This document shows, one piece after another, positions 57,331-64,000 of a stretch of 64,000 bases of DNA. The notes under the pieces were generated by a model. It was not told where the DNA came from. It searched no databases and saw only the letters and a list, made by a program, of their open reading frames with translations. Both the position numbers and the translations under genes were made by a program. Origin of the DNA: a virus (Duplodnaviria; Caudoviricetes); the IMG/VR virus record IMGVR_UViG_3300037400_003376, positions 130-64,129 of that record. One strand, written 5' to 3'. Numbering within the stretch: the stretch's first letter is position 1; the number at the start of each line of letters is the position of its first letter.

Positions 57331-58839
57331 ATGGGAAAAATTAGAGGATTACATACTAGCCCAGGTATCTATACTAAGCCTTGGTTCGATGGAAAAAAAA
57401 CTGATACCAGAAATAATAGGAAAGGAACGCTACCTAAAAAAGGGCTTCCAGGTGGAGGAAGTGGAGGTGGTAGCGAAAAATTCAATGGCATTAAATTTAC
57501 CGCTTTATCTGGTGATACAATTATTGGGCTGGCAAGACGCAGTGCTAATCAGATTGTTCTTGAATATAGTTTGGATAATGAAAACTGGAGTGGGTTAACT
57601 ACTGATAATATCGTCACATTAGATAATGCTGGTGATGAGGTGTTTGTTAGAGGTGTATTAAGTGGAAATAATTCAAGCCAAGAATATACAAATTTTATTA
57701 TAAGAGGATATGCTTCGGTTGCAGGTGATACAAACTATCTATGGAATTATGAAGATTTAGAACAGCCATTGTCTAAACAATGTGGTTATAATTTATTTTC
57801 TAATTGCACTGGATTGGTAGATGTAAGCAAACTAGTATTAGGAACATCTTCTACTAGATTAGCAGAAAGTTGTTATGCTTATATGTTCTCTTATTGTACC
57901 AGTTTAACAACCGTTCCACAAAATTTATTGCCAGCAACTAATTTATCTGGAGCAAGTTATTGTTATAGTTATATGTTCTATGGCTGCAAGAAATTAACTA
58001 CCGCGCCAAAATTACCAGCAACCACATTGGCTAATGATTGTTATGAAGGTATGTTTAGAAATTGTACTAATTTAACAACTGTTCATACATTACCAGTCGC
58101 AACATTGGCACGTAGTTGTTATAGTTATATGTTCAATGGTTGTAGTAGTTTAAAAACCGTGCCATATAACATGTTGCCAACAACTAATTTATCTGGAGCA
58201 AGTAATTGTTATACTTATATGTTTGCTGGTTGTACAAGTTTGGAAACGGCACCAGAGTTGCCAGCGACTACATTAGCAAATTCTTGTTATGATACTATGT
58301 TTTCTGGTTGCACTAATTTAATAACAGTTCCTGAAAAATTGCCAGCAACTACATTGGTAAGCGGTTGCTATAATAGCATGTTTAAAGGGTGTAATAAATT
58401 AAGAAAAGCACCAGAGTTGCCAGCGACTAAATTAGCAAATTTTTGTTATATGAATATGTTTTCTGGGTGTACTAGTTTAATGACCGTACAAGAAATATTA
58501 CCTGCAACATCTTTAACATCATATTGTTATAGTAGTATGTTTGCCAGTTGTACAAGTTTGGAAACAGCACCAGAGTTGCCTGCAACTGCATTAACAAGTT
58601 ATTGTTATTCTAATATGTTCTATAATTGTAGTAGTTTAGTTTATATAAAATGTCTCGCAATTAGATTTATAAATACAGACGGCAGTACAGACTCATGGTT
58701 AGCTGGTAGTGTTCCGTCTGGCCAAGCAGCACAGGAAAATGGTTGTACATTTGTATACCACCCTAATGCAAATTGGGGCACATCTACGGTTAATAAAATT
58801 CCAGATGGATGGGATAGGCAGCCTGCTGTTGTAGAATAA
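57331..58839 (+). CDS. LRR-repeat protein with a tail-sheath-like N-terminal SPGIYT motif and a GGGSGGGS linker
   Basis: MGKIRGLHTSPGIYTK..., then a module paralogous to the C-terminus of 28326-34202, with about 10 LPATxL..CY..MF.GC..L repeats. Confidence 0.8.
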   Translation: MGKIRGLHTSPGIYTKPWFDGKKTDTRNNRKGTLPKKGLPGGGSGGGSEKFNGIKFTALSGDTIIGLARRSANQIVLEYSLDNENWSGLTTDNIVTLDNAGDEVFVRGVLSGNNSSQEYTNFIIRGYASVAGDTNYLWNYEDLEQPLSKQCGYNLFSNCTGLVDVSKLVLGTSSTRLAESCYAYMFSYCTSLTTVPQNLLPATNLSGASYCYSYMFYGCKKLTTAPKLPATTLANDCYEGMFRNCTNLTTVHTLPVATLARSCYSYMFNGCSSLKTVPYNMLPTTNLSGASNCYTYMFAGCTSLETAPELPATTLANSCYDTMFSGCTNLITVPEKLPATTLVSGCYNSMFKGCNKLRKAPELPATKLANFCYMNMFSGCTSLMTVQEILPATSLTSYCYSSMFASCTSLETAPELPATALTSYCYSNMFYNCSSLVYIKCLAIRFINTDGSTDSWLAGSVPSGQAAQENGCTFVYHPNANWGTSTVNKIPDGWDRQPAVVE

Positions 58840-58910
58840 TAAAAACGCGGTTGGATTTGATAACACATGTGACATATTCCAGTCATTTGCAAATACAAGA
58901 ATAGAAAAAG

Positions 58911-59801
58911 ATGGAGAACAATTCAGAATTTTATAACGATATTTTAATCGTTGGTTATGGGAATATTGGCACTCATATTTATAAAGAATTAGAAGGCGCA
59001 GGAAAAATTAGTATTCAAGATAAATATAAGCCAGAATATATGTTATCTTATACGAAAGCATTTAATTTCGCCTTTATATGTGTACCAACAGAAATGAAAG
59101 AGGATGGTAGTGTAGATATTACCGAAGTTGAGAATGCTGTAATCAATACAAACGCTAAAATAATTATCATTAAGTCCACAGTTCCAGTTGGTACATGCCA
59201 ATATCTAAAGGATAAGTATGAGAAAGAGATCGTATTTTCACCAGAGTATTATGGTACAACAATCCACTGTCCTACCAGCCCTAATTTTTTAATCCTTGCT
59301 GGAGATAAGAAAAACACTAGGAAAGTTGCTGAATTATATCAGAGGGTAAAAACAAGTAAGTTCAGAATTACATTCACTGATTATAAGACTGCCGAATTAG
59401 CAAAGTATATGGAGAATTGCTTCCTGGCTCTAAAGGTAACATTCTGTTCTGAATTTTATGACATAACACAACAATATGGTATTAGTTATCCAGAGTTACG
59501 TGAAATATTTATCCAAGACGAGAGAATGGGTGATTCACATACCTATGTTAATCCAAAAGAGACATATTACAATTCTCACTGTCTAAATAAAGATATTCCA
59601 GGATTGATTAGTCAAACAGATAGGGCATTATTAATGGAGGCAATGCATAAAATTAACCAAGACAAGAAATCTGGAGTAATAAAATACGATAAACCTAAAG
59701 TAGAACTACCAGACTGCAATAAATGCGGAGATTACGAATATTGTGCCTTCCAATATGATAAATGTACAGGATTTATTCCAGGCCCAGATAGTTATGAATA
59801 A
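58911..59801 (+). CDS. UDP-glucose/GDP-mannose dehydrogenase-like protein lacking the C-terminal domain
   Basis: IVGYGNIG, FICVPT, IIKSTVPVGT, FSPEY, AELAKYMEN and SHCLNKD. Confidence 0.8.
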   Translation: MENNSEFYNDILIVGYGNIGTHIYKELEGAGKISIQDKYKPEYMLSYTKAFNFAFICVPTEMKEDGSVDITEVENAVINTNAKIIIIKSTVPVGTCQYLKDKYEKEIVFSPEYYGTTIHCPTSPNFLILAGDKKNTRKVAELYQRVKTSKFRITFTDYKTAELAKYMENCFLALKVTFCSEFYDITQQYGISYPELREIFIQDERMGDSHTYVNPKETYYNSHCLNKDIPGLISQTDRALLMEAMHKINQDKKSGVIKYDKPKVELPDCNKCGDYEYCAFQYDKCTGFIPGPDSYE

Positions 59802-59865
59802 TAAAACTTCATATTTTTTTTTACTTTTAAAAGTATTTATAAATAAAAAGGATTTTATTTAAATT

Positions 59866-61437
59866 ATGGAAAAATTAACAAAAGAAAAATTTATAGAAAG
59901 AGCAAAAGAAGTTCACGGAAATAAATACGATTATTCTAAAGTAGAATATATTAATAGTCGGACTAAAATATGTATAATTTGTCCAGAACACGGTGAATTT
60001 TGGCAAATACCAAATAGCCACCTTCTTGGTTGTGGCTGTAATAAATGTGGAATTGAAAAAAGAAGTAAATTAGCAACTAAAACAACTGACAGTTTTATAG
60101 AAATGGCAAAAAAAGTACACGGTGATAAGTATGATTATTCTAAAGTAGAATACAAAGGAAAAGATATGAATGTTTGTATTATTTGCCAAAAACATGGTGA
60201 ATTCTGGCAAACGCCACATAATCATTTAAGAGGGGCTGGATGCCCTAAATGTAAAAACGAATATATATCAAAAAAATATAGTGATACAACTGAAACATTT
60301 ATAGAAAAGGCAAAAAAAGTACATGGTGATAAATATGATTACTCAAAAGTAAATTATATTAATAGTCAAACGAAAGTTTGTATTATCTGCCCAAAGCACG
60401 GAGAATTTTGGCAAAGGCCTAATAATCATTTAAATGGATGGGGGTGTAGTAAATGTTCAAACGAAAAAACACATGAAAAACAGCGTTTAACGACTGAAGA
60501 GTTTATTGAACGCGCAATAGAAGTGCATGGCAAAAAATATGATTATTCAAAAGTTAATTATATCAATAATCAAACTAAAGTTTGTATAATATGTCATGAA
60601 AAAGATGAATATGGAATTGAACATGGTGAGTTTTGGCAAACTCCTAATAATCATTTAAATGGGGATGAATGTCCTATATGTAGTAAAAAATATAAAAGTA
60701 CAACAGAAGAATTTATTCAAAAAGCAAAACTTGTTCATGGCAATAAATATGATTATTCAAAAGTAGAATATATTAATTCAAAAAGAAAAGTATGTATAAT
60801 ATGTCCAGAGCATGGTGAATTCTGGCAAAAGCCAAGCCAACACTTAATAACGAATTGTCCATGTCAAAAATGTTCTGGCATTATTAGGACAACTGAAGAT
60901 TTTATAAATAAAGCAATATTAATTCATGGTAATAAATACAATTATTCTAAAGTAGAATACAAGGGAAAAGATATAAAAGTGTGCATTATATGTCCAGAAC
61001 ATGGTGAATTCTGGCAATCCCCAGGAAGCCATTTGTCTGGCAATGGCTGTTGTAAATGTAGTGAAACAAAATTAGAAAACACAATTGAACAATGTCTTAA
61101 AAACGAGAATATAGATTACATTTTCCAATATAGTAAAGCAGATGGATTAGAAGAACTTTGTTGTATGCGTATTGATTTTTTCCTGCCAAAACAAAATATT
61201 GCTATTGAATGCCAGGGTGAACAACATTTTGCACCAAATGAATTTTTTGGCGGTGTTAAACAGTTTAAAAAGCAAATAAATAATGATCAGAGAAAACTAA
61301 ATATTTGCAAGGATAAATATATATATATGTTATATTTTACAAAAGAAGCATATATGGATCGTTATAAATTATCTGATGGAGAAGGCTATACATATGTTTG
61401 TAATCTAGAAAAATTATTAAAATATATAAAAAAATAG
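59866..61437 (+). CDS. Putative free-standing homing endonuclease: six DUF723-like Zn repeats plus a C-terminal Vsr/DUF559-like nuclease
   Basis: Six HG.KY(D/N)YSKV.Y...CIIC..HGEFWQ.P..HL...C..C repeats; C-terminal RIDFFLPKQNIAIECQGEQH. Confidence 0.8.
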   Translation: MEKLTKEKFIERAKEVHGNKYDYSKVEYINSRTKICIICPEHGEFWQIPNSHLLGCGCNKCGIEKRSKLATKTTDSFIEMAKKVHGDKYDYSKVEYKGKDMNVCIICQKHGEFWQTPHNHLRGAGCPKCKNEYISKKYSDTTETFIEKAKKVHGDKYDYSKVNYINSQTKVCIICPKHGEFWQRPNNHLNGWGCSKCSNEKTHEKQRLTTEEFIERAIEVHGKKYDYSKVNYINNQTKVCIICHEKDEYGIEHGEFWQTPNNHLNGDECPICSKKYKSTTEEFIQKAKLVHGNKYDYSKVEYINSKRKVCIICPEHGEFWQKPSQHLITNCPCQKCSGIIRTTEDFINKAILIHGNKYNYSKVEYKGKDIKVCIICPEHGEFWQSPGSHLSGNGCCKCSETKLENTIEQCLKNENIDYIFQYSKADGLEELCCMRIDFFLPKQNIAIECQGEQHFAPNEFFGGVKQFKKQINNDQRKLNICKDKYIYMLYFTKEAYMDRYKLSDGEGYTYVCNLEKLLKYIKK

Positions 61438-61463
61438 AGGAGTATTAAGTTCTCCTCTATTTT
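61431..61463. terminator. Bidirectional terminator overlapping both TAG stops
   Basis: AAAATAGAGGAG-N9-CTCCTCTATTTT. Confidence 0.8.
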
Positions 61464-61933
61464 ATTGAAGAAAGTAAATCAGTTGATGTAAACCATTCAT
61501 CACGCCAGTTCAAATAATAGCCACGGAGTCGGTTTAGTGTAGTTACTACATCCTCTGTTAGCGCTAATCCGTCAACGAATATGTATGGAGAATTAGTAAC
61601 GTCGTTAAGACTAAATTGAAATTTTAAATCAGATAATGAAGGAATAGAACCAGTAAATACGAGGTTGCCAGTTGATGGGAAGTATACTAACGGATTACTT
61701 TGCGCATCTTCTGTATTAGGTTTAGCAAATTTTGCACCACCATTAACAGTTTGCTTAAAGTTATCAATTTGGTTTGTTAGTACATGGTCACCAAACTTTG
61801 GATCGTCTGTAATAGCAATTGCATCCTTCTTCTCTTCTTCCTCAGCCTCACGTAAAAGGCCTTTCTTGTTAAGTTCCCTTATTGAATTAAGGAAATTCTT
61901 ATCAAAATCATATCTACTGTTTCTATTATTCAT
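61457..61933 (-). CDS. Hypothetical protein (158 aa)
   Basis: ORF track; LLREAEE motif. Confidence 0.75.
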   Translation of the reverse strand: MNNRNSRYDFDKNFLNSIRELNKKGLLREAEEEEKKDAIAITDDPKFGDHVLTNQIDNFKQTVNGGAKFAKPNTEDAQSNPLVYFPSTGNLVFTGSIPSLSDLKFQFSLNDVTNSPYIFVDGLALTEDVVTTLNRLRGYYLNWRDEWFTSTDLLSSIK

Positions 61934-61961
61934 TTTATTCTAATTTGTTTTTACTCAATTA

Positions 61962-62381
61962 TTAATAATCGAACCAACCGTCGCTAACACCATTCCACGA
62001 AGTATTAGGTTTATATAGGTTTGCTTCTTTTTCTTTTATTTGCTCCTCAAGTTGTTTTGAGATTTCATTTGCTCTCTCTAACTCTTTTTTTAGTGTTTCT
62101 TCTGGATTTTTAGAAAGAACTATATTGTCAAGTTTCTTTGCCGCCTCCGTAAATTCTTCAATAACTTCTTGAGGGTCAAGTTGATTTCCTTCTTCAACTT
62201 TTTCTTTTGTGGTCTCATTAAAATCTACGTTGGTTACAATGTCTTCTGGTTTTAATTCAACTAATTCATCTGGTGCAGGAGTTACATTACCTTCAACTTG
62301 AGTTGTAACTTCTTCTACTTTCTTTTCCTTAGCAACCTTTTTTGTTGCTGGCTTTCTTGGATTTTTAACTTCTTTTGCCAT
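61962..62381 (-). CDS. Hypothetical K/E-rich protein (139 aa)
   Basis: ORF track; TATTTATA at 62397-62404 (minus strand). Confidence 0.7.
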   Translation of the reverse strand: MAKEVKNPRKPATKKVAKEKKVEEVTTQVEGNVTPAPDELVELKPEDIVTNVDFNETTKEKVEEGNQLDPQEVIEEFTEAAKKLDNIVLSKNPEETLKKELERANEISKQLEEQIKEKEANLYKPNTSWNGVSDGWFDY

Positions 62382-62427
62382 AATTTCTCTTTATATTATA
62401 AATACTTTTTATTTTTGATTTCTAACA

Positions 62428-63156
62428 CTATTTTGTTAAAAATTTACAATCTGTCATCATTGCTTGTGAGCGCATTTTTGTTAATGCTTTTTCATGGATT
62501 TGTCTAACACGCTCTTTGGTTAGATTTAATTTTTTACCTATTTCATCAAGTGTATGTTCCGACTCGTATGGTTGAAGCCCAAATTTCATACTAACGATGT
62601 CAATTTCGCGTTCATCAAGATTTGAACAAAGATCCTCTATTAGTTCATTTCTTTCGTTTATTTCCTCTTGAGTATCATCATGAATAAAATATGTGTTGTG
62701 ATATTCATATTCAGGCTCATATTCTTGTGAATAATCTACATTATCGCCAAATTGCTGCAAATCTCTCTCCGTTGGTAACTCGTTTTCTAATTGTTCAATA
62801 TTATTTTCTGTTATTTTGTGTAAATGCTGGTTAATCCACCATCTGGCATAGGACATTATCTTAACATCTTTACTGTCATCAAATTTATCAATGGCATACA
62901 TTAATGCATCATTTGCCTCTGATATTAGGTAAGAGAATGGTATTCCCCTATTCCTAAACTTATTAGCAATTTTACAAGTATACTTCAGATTACTTGTAAT
63001 TAATTTGTTTCTTGCATCTAAATCATGATTCTTCTTGTAGGCCTTAATTAAACTATGTTCATCGTCTTTATTAAGGGGTTTAAAATTCTTTAAATCCTTC
63101 ATATATGATTTCGCACATGCGTCGATGTCATAGTTTGGGGTTTTAAATTCGTTCAT
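62428..63156 (-). CDS. RNA polymerase sigma-70 family factor no. 2
   Basis: Region 1.2 (YMKDL..L..DDE), region 2 (SNLKY..AIDKFD..SYARWWI), intact region 4 HTH TLDEIGKKLNLTKERVRQI; region 3 short. Confidence 0.9.
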   Translation of the reverse strand: MNEFKTPNYDIDACAKSYMKDLKNFKPLNKDDEHSLIKAYKKNHDLDARNKLITSNLKYTCKIANKFRNRGIPFSYLISEANDALMYAIDKFDDSKDVKIMSYARWWINQHLHKITENNIEQLENELPTERDLQQFGDNVDYSQEYEPEYEYHNTYFIHDDTQEEINERNELIEDLCSNLDEREIDIVSMKFGLQPYESEHTLDEIGKKLNLTKERVRQIHEKALTKMRSQAMMTDCKFLTK

Positions 63157-64000
63157 TTAACATGTCTTTATACTCGATATATTATTTTTCTTCGTAACCG
63201 TAATAGTTTTTTGATGCCAATCTGCAATTGTTTTAAGGTGTGTTATTTGAAGTACAAGACCCTGGTCATTCACTATTTTATCATATAGTTTCTTAACAGA
63301 ATCATAGTTTTCTTCAGCAACTCCACCCAAAATTTCATCAAATACAACAAATGACGGTTTACTAAATGTAGATATTTTACTCAATACGCTTCTCAAAGCC
63401 AAAGATGCAACAGTTTGTTCGAATCCAGAACCAGAAGAAAGGTTAGACTTAACTCCATCATGGATGAGATAGAACGCAACATCATTATGGTTATCAATAG
63501 CGATTTCTACATCAAAGTCGCAAACATCAGACAATAAATGTTTTAACTCACCATTGATAAGAGGTAATACGGTCCTCAATACGATTTTTGAAATACCATT
63601 TTTACCTATCAAATCAAGATAGAGTTTCCAAGACCTAACGGTTTTTTCCTCTTCTTCAATCTTAGCAATGATTTTCTTGTTGTCCTCAATAGTCTTGGTA
63701 TTTAACTTAATAGTTGAATTATCCTCATCGATTGAATTCTTCAAACCATCACTGTATTTTTGTTCAGCATCAATAGTAACCTTCAGATTGTTTAACGATG
63801 TTTCAATCTTGTTATTGTTCTCGATTGCAGCCTTGTTTGCCTCTATATCCGAGAGGATGCGCTTATTCTCTTTGTACTTTGCTACTAAATTTTCAATATC
63901 TACCTCTATTTTAGATATAAGTAGTTCTAACTGTAACTTTTTATTATATTTTTCTCGATCTGAGTCCATTTTGTTTATTTCAGCCACAGTTTTATCTAAT
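63157..64000 (-). CDS. C-terminal part of an SbcC/Rad50/T4 gp46-like ATPase (5' end outside the window)
   Basis: Coiled coil, ABC signature variant LSSGSGFE, Walker B VVFDE, H-loop QITH; frame open to the window edge. Confidence 0.9.
   Translation of the reverse strand, partial: LDKTVAEINKMDSDREKYNKKLQLELLISKIEVDIENLVAKYKENKRILSDIEANKAAIENNNKIETSLNNLKVTIDAEQKYSDGLKNSIDEDNSTIKLNTKTIEDNKKIIAKIEEEEKTVRSWKLYLDLIGKNGISKIVLRTVLPLINGELKHLLSDVCDFDVEIAIDNHNDVAFYLIHDGVKSNLSSGSGFEQTVASLALRSVLSKISTFSKPSFVVFDEILGGVAEENYDSVKKLYDKIVNDQGLVLQITHLKTIADWHQKTITVTKKNNISSIKTC

Noticed and set aside
33900-58839. Diversity-generating retroelement template/variable repeat pair between the two LRR C-termini
   Set aside because: The differences are spread over all bases and synonymous positions rather than being adenine-specific, and no reverse transcriptase is in the window.
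59866-61060. CRISPR array or tandem DNA repeat
   Set aside because: The repeats are protein-coding DUF723-like units with synonymous variation, not repeat-spacer units.
3257-62507. Many short antisense or overlapping ORFs in the track (for example 3257-3454, 5752-6081, 12412-12762, 53408-53722)
   Set aside because: They lie fully inside well-supported genes on the opposite strand or in another frame, with no motifs or expression signals.
63157-63987. A complete 276-aa gene starting at 63987
   Set aside because: The frame stays open to the window edge and the N-terminal Walker A half is missing, so this is a truncated view of a larger SbcC/gp46-like gene.
1-64000. Stop-codon reassignment (TAG to Gln, as in Lak and some crAss-like phages)
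   Set aside because: Long genes are intact under code 11. TAG ends several genes (8529, 51045, 61437, 61457, 62428), and read-through at 61437 would run through a terminator into the antisense gene.

Overview
An AT-rich (roughly 30% GC by eye) 64 kb slice of a large contractile-tailed (myovirus/jumbo-type) phage. The host is most likely an anaerobic Bacteroidota, because TAnnTTTG -7 promoters and a class III RNR are present. From left to right: (1) a replication and nucleotide module with a 5'-3' exonuclease, a DnaB/gp41-like helicase, an intein-containing NrdD and NrdG; (2) an accessory/proteostasis block with a zincin, SSB, DnaJ and ClpP; (3) a 30 kb baseplate/tail module with gp25-like and gp6/J-like wedge genes, giant structural proteins decorated with BspA-type LRR and InlB B-repeat domains, and a SHAEG-repeat fibre; (4) a mostly minus-strand block of small genes including a PD-(D/E)XK nuclease, DUF4326, a sigma factor, a SAM methyltransferase, a degenerate macrodomain, a putative holin and probable head-internal proteins; (5) an LRR protein with a tail-sheath-like N-terminus, a UDP-glucose-dehydrogenase-like gene, a six-repeat DUF723/Vsr-like endonuclease, a second sigma factor and the C-terminus of an SbcC/gp46-like ATPase. 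I saw no tRNA, rRNA, CRISPR array or reverse transcriptase, and the genetic code appears standard. The top leads are an unexplained GC-rich 129-nt structured RNA candidate (28176-28304) behind a late-type promoter, a sheath-motif-tagged LRR display protein belonging to a three-copy LRR module family, and a two-sigma system with more than one promoter class. All family assignments come from motif recognition by eye; no searches were run.
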